The notes beneath the pieces are model-generated. The model worked only from the letters and a program-made list of their open reading frames with translations, made no database searches and was not told the origin of the DNA. A DNA stretch of 64,000 nucleotides, taken from the sequence record PP886230. The stretch is one strand, 5' to 3'. A program made the translations under genes and the position numbers. This document shows, in pieces, positions 48,926 to 63,874 of this stretch (position 1 is its first letter; each line of letters begins with the position of its first letter). Origin of the DNA: Escherichia phage vB_EcoM_E9.1.

Positions 48926-49657
48926 ATGGATCTACGCAACGTACTACGTGACCTCGTAAACACAACCAGTGGTATTGACTTCTCTTGTATTGCAGTAAGC
49001 AGTGAAGACCGTGGTGAAGGACAACGTGTATATCTAGAAGCGTACACAGATGACCGAACTCTTGTAATGCGAGCATATACTAAAGAAGATGTTCCTGAAG
49101 TTCAGGGTCGTTTTGGCTTAGGTAATCTAGGTCTTCTTCAGGGTCTAATGTCTCTAAAAACATACAGTACCGAAGGAACCACAATCACATCAAATGTTAA
49201 AGATGGTTCAGTTAAAAGTCTGGCATTTAAATCTGAAGATGCAAGCACTACATTTATGGTACAAGCTGAAAAACTTATTCCAGTTCAACCACGTTTTCAT
49301 GAACAACCATATGACGTACAGGTTATTCCTAGTGCAGCAAAAGTTCAGGAACTAAAGAGTTTTTCTGGTGTATTTAAATCTTTTAGTTCTCTTGTAACTC
49401 CGTATACTGAAGGCGACACCCTATACTTTCACGTTGGTGAGAAAAACAAAAGTAACCACGTTGGTTCTCTAGCTTTTTCTAAAACTGAAGGTGAATTAGG
49501 TCTTGGTTTTGGTTATAATATTGATCGCGTACTTCAAGCATTATCTCGCGTATCTAATGCCGAATCAGTATCACTTGGTATTACTAAAACTGGTATGCTA
49601 AATGTAACACTAGATACTGGAATTGCAGTATACAAATTTTACGTAACAGGCTGCTAA
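48926..49657 (+). CDS. possible sliding clamp, gp45-like
   Basis: N-terminal LRDLVNTTSGIDF weakly resembles T4 gp45 LKNFATINSGIML as recalled; size and genomic context fit. Confidence 0.4.
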   Translation: MDLRNVLRDLVNTTSGIDFSCIAVSSEDRGEGQRVYLEAYTDDRTLVMRAYTKEDVPEVQGRFGLGNLGLLQGLMSLKTYSTEGTTITSNVKDGSVKSLAFKSEDASTTFMVQAEKLIPVQPRFHEQPYDVQVIPSAAKVQELKSFSGVFKSFSSLVTPYTEGDTLYFHVGEKNKSNHVGSLAFSKTEGELGLGFGYNIDRVLQALSRVSNAESVSLGITKTGMLNVTLDTGIAVYKFYVTGC

Positions 49658-49721
49658 TATAAATAACGGGGAACACTATGTTCCCCAAATTAGTTTGATT
49701 TAAAAAGTAAAGGAATACAAA

Positions 49722-49928
49722 ATGCCATTATATACATATCGTTGTGAAAAAGAAGAATGCAAACATAGCATGGAAAAAATTGTTAAAATTGCAAATCGTG
49801 ATGAACCTCATGATTGTCCTAAATGTAATGGTGAAAAAACTATGAAGTTGGAAGTGTTCACTCCAGGTGATAAGGGTGCTAATCTTTATTTCCGTGGAAA
49901 ATGGTTTGCAAATACTGGAGGTTACTGA
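49722..49928 (+). CDS. FmdB-like zinc-ribbon protein, 68 aa
   Basis: YTYRCEKEEC...CPKCNG pattern (two CxxC pairs). Confidence 0.5.
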   Translation: MPLYTYRCEKEECKHSMEKIVKIANRDEPHDCPKCNGEKTMKLEVFTPGDKGANLYFRGKWFANTGGY

Positions 49929-49929
49929 T

Positions 49930-50229
49930 ATGAAAATTAAAATGATTAATGATTACGTTCTTGTTCGACAAATTGAAGCACAGAATAAAAGTACTGGTGG
50001 TATTATTCTAGGTAATGTTGAACCACCATGTATTGGGATGGTAATTTCCGTTGGTCCAGGTAAAATTCTTCCGAACGGACAACTTGCAGAACATAATATT
50101 AAAGAAGGTGATATGGTTGTGTTTGGTCGTTCATCTTTGAACACACCACTGACTGAAGATCTTGGTGGCGGTGAAGATACATATTATGTAATGAAAATCG
50201 AAGAGATTTTTGGTAAGAAAAATGGCTAA
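49930..50229 (+). CDS. GroES-like co-chaperonin (functional analogue of T4 gp31)
   Basis: DYVLVRQIEAQNKSTGGIIL matches the GroES mobile-loop region [25 protein letters not shown] SD before ATG 49930. Confidence 0.75.
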   Translation: MKIKMINDYVLVRQIEAQNKSTGGIILGNVEPPCIGMVISVGPGKILPNGQLAEHNIKEGDMVVFGRSSLNTPLTEDLGGGEDTYYVMKIEEIFGKKNG

Positions 50230-50947
50230 AAAGAAATTTATTCCATTTTGGATGGTCCCTGCTCACTGGGGACTTTCTGGAAAGGCAAAAGAGATAGCTA
50301 AAGCATACTACTACAATGATGATTATGAAGCTGATATGAAAGTTGCTGAATTGACATATCTAACTCCATATGAAGTTGAAGTGGCCCAATTGGATATTAA
50401 AAAGAAATATAGCGTAATTGGAGATTTGGAATATCTAATTGCTGCACTTGATGTTGAACTAAAATATTCTAAAATTACTCGTGAACAGTATGATGTTAAA
50501 GTTCTTGATGCAAAACTAAGTATTGGAGTTATTACAGAAAAAGAATATGATATGGAAATCATTGAGTTAATGCCAGAAGGTGATGAAAAAAGGCTTAAGG
50601 CTATTGAATTTGCATATCGTTACGATGAAATCACACAAAGTGAATATTCTAAGGAAATATACACACTTCGTAAAGAACCTTGGATTGATTTGGATGTTGT
50701 TCTTGATCCTGAAACTAATGAAGTTGAGTTTGTATTTGACTATAATGAATATTTCTGGAAAAAGTTGAAAGCTGAAGGTCATCCAGGAAATGATGAAGAA
50801 GAAATTATCGATAACTTTGTGAGAGACTTGGGGCGTAAACTTGCTACGGATGATTTCAGTGATGATTACGACACAAAGCTGGTGAGTGCGAACGAAGGAT
50901 TAGACAAGCTACCTGGTTTGCCTGAAGGATTTCGTTCATATAGATAA
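50222..50947 (+). CDS. hypothetical protein, about 241 aa
   Basis: Track ORF; ATG 50222 preferred over the TTG at 50210. Confidence 0.5.
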   Translation: MAKKKFIPFWMVPAHWGLSGKAKEIAKAYYYNDDYEADMKVAELTYLTPYEVEVAQLDIKKKYSVIGDLEYLIAALDVELKYSKITREQYDVKVLDAKLSIGVITEKEYDMEIIELMPEGDEKRLKAIEFAYRYDEITQSEYSKEIYTLRKEPWIDLDVVLDPETNEVEFVFDYNEYFWKKLKAEGHPGNDEEEIIDNFVRDLGRKLATDDFSDDYDTKLVSANEGLDKLPGLPEGFRSYR

Positions 50948-50951
50948 CATA

Positions 50952-50986
50952 TAAAAAAAGGAGAGCAAATGCTCTCCTTTTCTTTT
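50952..50986. terminator. bidirectional intrinsic terminator
   Basis: GGAGAGC-aaat-GCTCTCC flanked by A- and T-runs; the stem is nearly identical to the terminator at 5411. Confidence 0.7.
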
Positions 50987-50994
50987 GAAAAATA

Positions 50995-51684
50995 TTAAAC
51001 CAATGCTGGGATGTATTGGAAAAGTTTAACACCGAAATCACCTGCTGCATCAGCAGATTGGGAACGTAGGTAAACTTCGGTAACACCATCTTTAGCAAGT
51101 AGTGGAACACCAGTTAGATCATCAATTAGTAGACGGCCTTCTTCGGATTCAGTACTTGGTACACCTTGTGGTGATTTAAGATCTTTGTTAAAGACACCCG
51201 CACGTTCAACTAGGAAGGTAACAACAGAAGCATCAGCAATACTAACTGAACCTGCACTCAATACACCATCAGGTGCGTTGGTGAAACCAGTAACTGGAAA
51301 TACTTCAAGACCATTACCTGCGATGTTAGAGGTAGCGATGATAACCGCACGTTGTTGAACAACATCGACAATACGTTTAACGTTAGTTTGTGCTGCATAA
51401 GATGCATTGTAATCAGCTTCTAGTGTGCCAAGAACAAATGCAGTTCCATCAATACGTTTGATACCTTTATCATTTAGATATGCTAGAATTTCTTCTGGAA
51501 TATCAGTGTTTAGAAAACGTTGTAGACCAGCATAAGAAGAAACTGCACCAGTAACTAGAACGTTTACGTCTCCTAGCTTACTGATAGCAATGGATGCTAG
51601 GGCGTTAGTGCCACAAAAGTAACCTAGAATACGTTCAAAGGAATAACCATTGATACGTTCAAAAGAAGTATTAGTATATGACAT
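50995..51684 (-). CDS. Ala/Gly/Val-rich late protein, paralogue A, 229 aa
   Basis: Shares QQRAV(I/L), ER..VFNK and other blocks with the adjacent 199-aa ORF. Confidence 0.55.
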   Translation of the reverse strand: MSYTNTSFERINGYSFERILGYFCGTNALASIAISKLGDVNVLVTGAVSSYAGLQRFLNTDIPEEILAYLNDKGIKRIDGTAFVLGTLEADYNASYAAQTNVKRIVDVVQQRAVIIATSNIAGNGLEVFPVTGFTNAPDGVLSAGSVSIADASVVTFLVERAGVFNKDLKSPQGVPSTESEEGRLLIDDLTGVPLLAKDGVTEVYLRSQSADAAGDFGVKLFQYIPALV

Positions 51685-51698
51685 AATCTATCCTCCTA

Positions 51699-52298
51699 TT
51701 ATAGTTGAACAGGAAGAGCAGCACGTACTTTAATTGCTACAGCAGTAGATGCACCTGCATCACCAACACCATCAGTACCTTGACTTACGAAAGTTTTGGT
51801 ACGGAAAACTTTAGCTTGAGCGATAGACTTAGCTAGGTCAACAGTTGGATCAACTGGAGCAGGACATGCTGAACCAGGACGAACTTCTTGCTTGTTAAAT
51901 ACGTCTTGACGTTCACAGATGAAAGTCAATGCAACAGAATTAGCACCACCTGCTACATCAGCACCACTAGTGCCGAACGCAACTACGTTTGGATTAGCAT
52001 TTTTGAAATCAGCAGGAATAACAACTTCTGAATCAAGAGCTAGTAGAGAGGTAGTAACTAGAACTGCACGTTGTTGTAGTAGTTGGGTAACCATGAATAG
52101 GTTATATTGAGCATTACTTAGAGCAGTTTGATACGCTTCAGCTTGAACATCAGAACCGTCAGAAGTAACTTTGGTAGTACCTAGTTCAACATCAGTTGGT
52201 AGATCGATTACGATGGTAACGAAACCGTTATTACCACCCCACCATTCGCGAGCAACGCTAGACATACCATAGTTACGGTTAAAAGAATTAAGACTCAT
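51699..52298 (-). CDS. Ala/Gly/Val-rich late protein, paralogue B, 199 aa
   Basis: Paralogue of 50995-51684; minus-strand TAAATAATATCATA late motif at plus coordinates 52401-52414. Confidence 0.55.
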   Translation of the reverse strand: MSLNSFNRNYGMSSVAREWWGGNNGFVTIVIDLPTDVELGTTKVTSDGSDVQAEAYQTALSNAQYNLFMVTQLLQQRAVLVTTSLLALDSEVVIPADFKNANPNVVAFGTSGADVAGGANSVALTFICERQDVFNKQEVRPGSACPAPVDPTVDLAKSIAQAKVFRTKTFVSQGTDGVGDAGASTAVAIKVRAALPVQL

Positions 52299-52422
52299 GA
52301 AAATCTCCTTGTCAAATTTTGTGCAGGTATATCCTGCTTAAAGTTATTTATCAAAAAATATCACTAGCATTTAAATTTACTGAGATATTTAATGAATTTC
52401 TATGATATTATTTATCAAATCT

Positions 52423-57746
<5,324 letters not shown>

Positions 57747-57833
57747 GTAAAACGTTGAAGGAACAATGAAGTTTCTGAAACATTGAAGCCAATTAACAAA
57801 TAACAAAGAAACCCAAAATCAAGGAAGATATAT

Positions 57834-58868
57834 ATGAAATCTCTAGCTGAAATTCGTGCACACCTAAAAGCAGAACAAGAAAAAGCAGAAGCTCAAAAGA
57901 ATGGTACATTTACTGGTGAGCGTAAAGCTGATTCGTTCTTAGCTTTCTGGAACGTACCTTATAACGAACCACTAAACCTACGTTTTCTACCAGATGCAGA
58001 TGAGTCTAACCCATTCTTCTGGCGTGAACGTGACATGATTAACCTAACTTTCAATGGTGTAGTCGGTATGCACACTGATAAAGTTACCGTTCAAGTACCT
58101 TGTAACGAAATGTGGGTTCCTAAATCCTGTCCGGTTCTGAAAGAAGTACGTCAATGGTTCCAAAGTGCGAATGAAACAGGGAACGAAGAACTAAAAGCAA
58201 TGGCTGGTCGTTACTGGAAGAAGAAAACCTATCTAATGCAATGTTTTATTGCTCCTGATAGCGTTGCAGTAAAAGACGACATTGCACCAGAAAATCCAAT
58301 TCGTCGTATTCTGGCTAACAAAGATATCTTTGATAAAGTTAAATCCATCCTGCTAAATCCAGGCATCAAAGAGTCTCCAACTCACTACGTTCAAGGTCGT
58401 GATTTTGGTATTGTTAAAACTAAGAATGGTGGTGGTTATAATAGCTACGACATGTCTCAATTCTCCATGTCTGAGCGTCCACTAAACGAAGAAGAACTAG
58501 CAGCAATTGAAAAATATGGCCTATACAATCTAAATGATTTTATGCCAAAACAACCAACTCCAGAAGAGTTGAAAGCAATTGAAGAAATGTTCGAAGCATC
58601 AGTAAATGGTGAAGCATATGATCCAGCACGTTGGGCATTTGCATATCGTCCAGCAGGTGTACCAAAACCTAACTCTGGAACTGTTACTGAATCAAAACCA
58701 ACTCCTGCTCCAGTACAACAAGAGTCAGCACCTGCACCAGTTACACCAGCCCCACAAGCTGCTCCAGTAACTCCAGTCGCTACCCCAGCAGCAACCACTC
58801 CTGAAGCACCAAAAGAACAACTATCTGCATCTGCACTAGTTGCTCGTTTGAAACAACAAGGTAAGTAA
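57834..58868 (+). CDS. 32: ssDNA-binding protein, gp32-like, with Pro/Ala/Thr-rich C-terminal tail
   Basis: LRFLPDADESNPF resembles the T4 gp32 LRFLPS region as recalled; Cys/His cluster CNEMWVPKSCP; C-terminal PAPVTPAPQAAPVTP low-complexity tail. Confidence 0.65.
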   Translation: MKSLAEIRAHLKAEQEKAEAQKNGTFTGERKADSFLAFWNVPYNEPLNLRFLPDADESNPFFWRERDMINLTFNGVVGMHTDKVTVQVPCNEMWVPKSCPVLKEVRQWFQSANETGNEELKAMAGRYWKKKTYLMQCFIAPDSVAVKDDIAPENPIRRILANKDIFDKVKSILLNPGIKESPTHYVQGRDFGIVKTKNGGGYNSYDMSQFSMSERPLNEEELAAIEKYGLYNLNDFMPKQPTPEELKAIEEMFEASVNGEAYDPARWAFAYRPAGVPKPNSGTVTESKPTPAPVQQESAPAPVTPAPQAAPVTPVATPAATTPEAPKEQLSASALVARLKQQGK

Positions 58869-58886
58869 TAGTTTTTGAAAAGTTAA

Positions 58887-58915
58887 GGGGCAACGGAGTT
58901 TGCCCCGTTTTATTT
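58887..58915 (+). terminator. intrinsic terminator
   Basis: GGGGCAA-cggagt-TTGCCCC followed by GTTTTATTT. Confidence 0.65.
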
Positions 58916-58937
58916 CATGAAATTCAAGGAGCGAATT

Positions 58938-60056
58938 ATGAAAATGACAAGTGGTTTTGCGAACATTCTTAAAAACAGTACTGGTAGTGTTAAAAAGAAT
59001 ACTGGTGTTAGTGTTGGTTTTCATGATCCAGATACATGGGTTAGTACTGGTAACTACGCACTAAATTATCGCATCAGTGGCTATTTTGACCGTGGTATCC
59101 CACTAGGCAAAGTAACGATGTTTGCTGGTGAATCAGGTAGTGGTAAATCTTTTATCGTATCTGGTAATATTGCACGTGAAGCTCAAAAACAAGGCATCTT
59201 TGTTGTTATGATTGACTCAGAGAACGCATTGGATTCAGATTGGCTTCAAGCACTTGGTGTTGACACTTCTGAAGAAAAACTTTTGAAAGTCAATATGGGT
59301 ATGATTGGTGACGTTGCAAAATTCACCTATGAGTTCATTGAAGGATATCGTAAAGAATACGAAAATACACCTAAAGATGAACGTCAAAAAGTATTGTTTA
59401 TTATTGATTCAATTGGTATGCTAAACACTGAAGTAGCCAATGATCAAATGAAAGCGGGTAACCTTAAAGGTGACATGGGTCATAAACCCAAACAGCTTAA
59501 AGCATATATCACAAACTGTGTAAACTCTATTGGTTCATTGAACATTGGTATGGTTTGCGTTAACCACAGTTATGAATCTCAGGACATGTTTAACCCAGAT
59601 CCTAAAGTTTCAGGTGGTAGTGGCTTGATTTATGCTTCATCTATGGTTATCGCAATGGGTAAATTAAAACTTAAAGAAGATGAAGACGGAAATAAAACTT
59701 CCGAAGTAAATGGTATTCGTGCTAAATGTAAAGTCATGAAGACTCGTTACAACAAGCCGTTCGAAGATGTAGAAATTAAAATTCCTTGGGATAAAGGTAT
59801 GGACCCACGTAGTGGTCTACTAGATATGTTTGAAAAATACGGTCTAATCACTAAATCAGGTAACCGTCTATTGTATGTTGATATTGTAACTGGCGAACAG
59901 ATTCTAAAATATCGCAAAGAGTGGATGCGTAATGAAGATTCATGTCTTGATTTGGTAATGCATCAATTTAAAAATCATCCTTTGATTGAAGAAGTTAAAG
60001 AAGAAGAAAAAGGTGATGAAACTTTTGGTACTGATGTGGATATTAGTGAGGAATAA
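58938..60056 (+). CDS. uvsX: UvsX RecA-like recombinase
   Basis: Walker A GESGSGKS; IDPRSGLLDMFEKYGLI matches T4 UvsX GIDPYSGLLDMALELGFV as recalled. ATG 58938 has an AAGGAG SD (track start 58917). Confidence 0.85.
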   Translation: MKMTSGFANILKNSTGSVKKNTGVSVGFHDPDTWVSTGNYALNYRISGYFDRGIPLGKVTMFAGESGSGKSFIVSGNIAREAQKQGIFVVMIDSENALDSDWLQALGVDTSEEKLLKVNMGMIGDVAKFTYEFIEGYRKEYENTPKDERQKVLFIIDSIGMLNTEVANDQMKAGNLKGDMGHKPKQLKAYITNCVNSIGSLNIGMVCVNHSYESQDMFNPDPKVSGGSGLIYASSMVIAMGKLKLKEDEDGNKTSEVNGIRAKCKVMKTRYNKPFEDVEIKIPWDKGMDPRSGLLDMFEKYGLITKSGNRLLYVDIVTGEQILKYRKEWMRNEDSCLDLVMHQFKNHPLIEEVKEEEKGDETFGTDVDISEE

Positions 60057-60517
60057 TGAAACCTTGGCATTGGATTATCAAAGATGATAAATCTAAAATT
60101 ATTGAAATGATTGAGTTCTTTAACAAAGAAGTTGAAGAAGCTCGTCGTGAAGTAAAGAAGATTGGCATCATTGAAAAAATTGCTCAAGAGATTCCTGGCT
60201 GGCATGAGACGCGTCTAAGCCAGCTTCAAGAACTTGAAGCAGTATTGGAAATGTTAGAAATTGAAATGCGTCAGGTACAAGCCGAGAAGTTCAAATACTT
60301 TCTCGAAGGATACCGCCGTGCACTATCTTCATCTGACTGTAAAAAGTATGTTGAAGGTGATAAAGATGTTTGTGAGTTAGCAGAACTTATAAACGAGGTA
60401 TCTTATATAAGAAATACATATTCAAGTATTGTTAAATCCTTAGAGATGAAAGCTTTTCAGTTAAACAATATTGTGAGACTACGTGCCGCTGGTATTGAGG
60501 ATGCACGTTTAGAATAA
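60056..60517 (+). CDS. UvsY-like recombination mediator, 153 aa
   Basis: C-terminal KSLEMKAFQLNNIVRLRAAG resembles the T4 UvsY C-terminus as recalled; adjacent to uvsX. Confidence 0.45.
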   Translation: MKPWHWIIKDDKSKIIEMIEFFNKEVEEARREVKKIGIIEKIAQEIPGWHETRLSQLQELEAVLEMLEIEMRQVQAEKFKYFLEGYRRALSSSDCKKYVEGDKDVCELAELINEVSYIRNTYSSIVKSLEMKAFQLNNIVRLRAAGIEDARLE

Positions 60518-60526
60518 TTATCATTA

Positions 60527-60550
60527 AGGACGCATATCGCGTCCTTTTTC
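60527..60550 (+). terminator. intrinsic terminator
   Basis: AGGACGC-atatc-GCGTCCT followed by TTTT. Confidence 0.6.
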
Positions 60551-60564
60551 TATGCGAGAATAAA

Positions 60565-61383
60565 ATGACAAAATTAAATGAGTTTTTATCAAATGTAGCA
60601 GTTCTAGATACTGAAACTACTGGGGTTGAGAGTGAAGATGATATTATTGAATTTAGTATCTCGTATCCACATACTTCACATGAAAACATTGATACTATTG
60701 ATAACTATACATTGAGATACAAACCCTTGAAAGATATTCCACCAGAGGCATCTGCTGTGCACTTTATCAGTACTGAGGATGTAGCTAATTGTGTTGGGTA
60801 TAAAGATGATTTAGATAACATTGATGCACTTATGGGATGCCGTAAGTATTTTGTTGGTCATAATGTACAATTTGACCGTAGAATGATGGTAGATAACGAA
60901 TATAAATATCGTAACTCAATTTCACAGTACTTACTTGATGAAAATAAATGGATTTGTACCCTTCGTCTTGCTAAGAAAATGTTCGCAGAAGATATTGAAT
61001 TTAAAAACTTAACTCTAAGTTATTTGTGGTATAAGTTTGGATGTTATCGTGATGTTCATCGACCTGTTAATGCACACGCAGCAAAAGACGATGTGTTCAT
61101 GTGTTATCAGGTTCTAATCAAATTAGTTGAAATTGCAATCGAACGTGGACATATTGAGCCTAATGGTGATATTGGTGAGCAAATTGTAACTTTCTGCAAC
61201 ACACCAATGCGTTATCAATTCATGCCATTTGGTAAACACAAAGGTGAGCCAATGAGTACAGTTCCATTGAATTACATTGAATGGATGATTGCTAATAGTG
61301 ACATTTTAGATGCAAGTAACCCTAACTGTGATAAAGATTTAGTATATACATTTGAGTACGAATATAATACTCGAACTAATTAA
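60565..61383 (+). CDS. DEDDh-family 3'-5' exonuclease (DnaQ/DexA-like)
   Basis: Exo I LDTETTG, Exo II HNVQFDRRM, Exo III H-x4-D (HRPVNAHAAKDD). Confidence 0.7.
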   Translation: MTKLNEFLSNVAVLDTETTGVESEDDIIEFSISYPHTSHENIDTIDNYTLRYKPLKDIPPEASAVHFISTEDVANCVGYKDDLDNIDALMGCRKYFVGHNVQFDRRMMVDNEYKYRNSISQYLLDENKWICTLRLAKKMFAEDIEFKNLTLSYLWYKFGCYRDVHRPVNAHAAKDDVFMCYQVLIKLVEIAIERGHIEPNGDIGEQIVTFCNTPMRYQFMPFGKHKGEPMSTVPLNYIEWMIANSDILDASNPNCDKDLVYTFEYEYNTRTN

Positions 61384-61398
61384 TAAAGGTAATCATGG

Positions 61399-62883
61399 AT
61401 GAAAACTTGTAAGTTAACCTTATTGGATGAGGTGAATTGTAAATTTGAGGGACTTGATCCCTCAATTAGACAAAAGATGATTCGTGCAACTGAATATGTG
61501 TTACCATATGCAAAGTTCACACCAGCAGGACGTATTGGACGTTGGGATGGTAAAGTTCAGTTTATGAATTTAGGCGGGACAACTTATTATCATATGTTAG
61601 ATAAGTTATTGCCTATTCTTGATGAAGCTAAGATTGACATTGAATTAGTAGATCATAGGGTAGATTATGGATTTAAATTTGACCCCATTGATGAAGATAT
61701 TTTTAGTGATGTTGTATTCGGTGCAGGACACCACATGGAAGGTAAATCCATAAAACTACGTGAACATCAAGTTAATGCGGTTAATGCATGTTTGGCTAAT
61801 CCACACGGACTACTATTGGCAGCTACTGGTGCAGGTAAAACTCTCATTACTGCTGCATTGTCAAAGAAAGTGCAAGAGTATGGACGTTCTGTTATAATAG
61901 TACCAAGTACTGACTTAGTACAACAAACATATGATGACTACATTATGTGTGGGTTGGATACTGGCATGTTCTATGGTTCACAAAAAGATTTTGGTCACCA
62001 ACATACTATTACGACTTGGCAATCATTTAACTCTCTATGGAAGAAAACCAAGAAAGGTGAAATTGAATTAACTGAACAAGACGTGAATGATTTTATCGAT
62101 GGAGTAGTTTGTGTTATCGTTGATGAGTGTCAAGGTGCAGGCGGTGACGCATTAGTTCAAGTACTTTCTAAAGTTATGAATAACGTACCATTACGTTGGG
62201 GTCTTACTGGAACAATTCCTAAAGATCCGGTAGTTGCCGCGAAAATCAAATGTAATGTTGGTGATGTTATATTTAAAATAACTGCAAAGGAATTACAAGA
62301 TAAACAAATACTAAGTACATGTAATGTGAATTGCATCAAACTAAAAAGTAGTATGAAGTTTGCATCATATGCTGAAGAGTTGAAATACTTAGTAACTGAC
62401 AGAGATAGGATGGCATATGTAGCGTCATTGATATCTGCGTTATCTGAATCAGGAAACACTTTAGTTTTAGTAGATAGACTTGAAGCAGGTGAGTTGCTAT
62501 GTGAATTTTTAGGCATTCCCAAATCAGAATTCGTTCGTGGAGAAACTAAAAAGAAAGATCGAGAATCATCTTATGGTGAAATTCGTTGGGCTGATAATAA
62601 AATACTTATTGCGACATACGGCGTTGCCAGTACGGGTATTAGTATTTCAAGGTTATATAATGTAGTATTGATTGAGCCAGGAAAAAGTTTTGTAAGAACT
62701 ATACAGTCAATTGGACGTGGATTACGCCGAGCAGAAGATAAAGACCACGTAGAAATATATGATATTAGTGGTTCTAATAAGTATAGTGCCAAGCATTTAC
62801 GAGAACGTTTAGCTTACTATAAGGAAGCACAATATCCTCATAGTATAATAGATGTTAAAGATTGGGAAAACACAGCGGGATAA
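61399..62883 (+). CDS. uvsW: SF2 helicase, UvsW-like
   Basis: Motif I LLAATGAGKT, motif II VIVDECQ; N-terminal GRIGRWDGKVQFMN resembles T4 UvsW NPRFRYGNWDGRIRLLD as recalled. Confidence 0.75.
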   Translation: MKTCKLTLLDEVNCKFEGLDPSIRQKMIRATEYVLPYAKFTPAGRIGRWDGKVQFMNLGGTTYYHMLDKLLPILDEAKIDIELVDHRVDYGFKFDPIDEDIFSDVVFGAGHHMEGKSIKLREHQVNAVNACLANPHGLLLAATGAGKTLITAALSKKVQEYGRSVIIVPSTDLVQQTYDDYIMCGLDTGMFYGSQKDFGHQHTITTWQSFNSLWKKTKKGEIELTEQDVNDFIDGVVCVIVDECQGAGGDALVQVLSKVMNNVPLRWGLTGTIPKDPVVAAKIKCNVGDVIFKITAKELQDKQILSTCNVNCIKLKSSMKFASYAEELKYLVTDRDRMAYVASLISALSESGNTLVLVDRLEAGELLCEFLGIPKSEFVRGETKKKDRESSYGEIRWADNKILIATYGVASTGISISRLYNVVLIEPGKSFVRTIQSIGRGLRRAEDKDHVEIYDISGSNKYSAKHLRERLAYYKEAQYPHSIIDVKDWENTAG

Positions 62884-62904
62884 ACCCGCTGTTTGTGATA
62901 TAAT
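62877..62904 (+). promoter_or_regulatory. early sigma70-like promoter (GGGATA-N16-TGaTATAAT)
   Basis: TATAAT 62899-62904 with TGa extension. Confidence 0.45.
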
Positions 62905-62938
62905 GTGTCATATGACAACAACAAGGATGTAAAATAAA

Positions 62939-63367
62939 ATGGAATTGAGATCTAGTATTGCTTTTATTTGTGACCAAGAAACTTTAGAAGTTATGGATGT
63001 ATTGTTGAACGATGATGGTATTATGGATGACATGGTATCTTCTCTTGACTATATACCTGAGCTAGAAACGGATGATACTAACGTATGGAGATGTAATATT
63101 GATAGTGATTCTTGGATTAATATCTATGAATTACAGACACGAATTGATTCTAAAGTAGAATCATTGAAATATGATATCATCTATGCAAGTACTGACACGA
63201 AAACTTTTATTGATGTAGTAAGTCTAAGTGGTAATTTTGATTCATATCTGGATACTGATGTAGATAAAATTCAAGAGATGTGTGAAACTTATGGACTTGA
63301 ATTTTATGGGGTAGAAGACCAAGATGATGAAGAATATTATGATGACGAAGAAGATTCGCAGTACTAA
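62939..63367 (+). CDS. highly acidic small early protein, 142 aa
   Basis: About a quarter Asp/Glu with very few basic residues; C-terminal EDQDDEEYYDDEEDSQY; early promoter upstream. Confidence 0.5.
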   Translation: MELRSSIAFICDQETLEVMDVLLNDDGIMDDMVSSLDYIPELETDDTNVWRCNIDSDSWINIYELQTRIDSKVESLKYDIIYASTDTKTFIDVVSLSGNFDSYLDTDVDKIQEMCETYGLEFYGVEDQDDEEYYDDEEDSQY

Positions 63368-63376
63368 GGAGATGAC

Positions 63377-63874
63377 ATGAACGTATTAACACCTGAAAAT
63401 AATTCTTTTGACATGGATTTAGTAACAGAACATATCCCTGAAGAAATGTATTGTGTTTTGGATCTAAGCCCAAATGGTGAATCTGATTTTTATTTTAGAC
63501 ATATTCTAAACACCGTATCATTTAATAGTATTAGTGCTGATCTTCAAATTGGTGAAAAGATTATTCAAGTGCCTCTAGGATGGCAAATTATGTTAGGTGA
63601 TGAAGAAACTGGTATGGTTGAGATGTGTACAATTGAAAACATTCTTAACATGAAAGAACCAAAAGCTTTTGTTTACAATCCTATCCGTTCAATGTATCCT
63701 AAGTTTGAACCAGTCAAAGTACTACGTGTATTTGCATTAACTACAAAGTGGCAGATACCAATGTTACCTAAAAAGAATTTACTATGCGTCCCACTACATA
63801 GTGGTGAAAATCCACCATGTGTGTACTTTGCAGATGAAAACGAAAAAATTCAAGATTTGTATCTAGGAGTATAA
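63377..63874 (+). CDS. hypothetical protein, 165 aa
   Basis: Track ORF only. Confidence 0.45.
   Translation: MNVLTPENNSFDMDLVTEHIPEEMYCVLDLSPNGESDFYFRHILNTVSFNSISADLQIGEKIIQVPLGWQIMLGDEETGMVEMCTIENILNMKEPKAFVYNPIRSMYPKFEPVKVLRVFALTTKWQIPMLPKKNLLCVPLHSGENPPCVYFADENEKIQDLYLGV

Noticed and set aside
58457-58798. 113-aa antisense ORF within the gp32-like gene
   Set aside because: It is the reverse reading of the Pro/Ala/Thr-rich low-complexity tail; a composition artefact.
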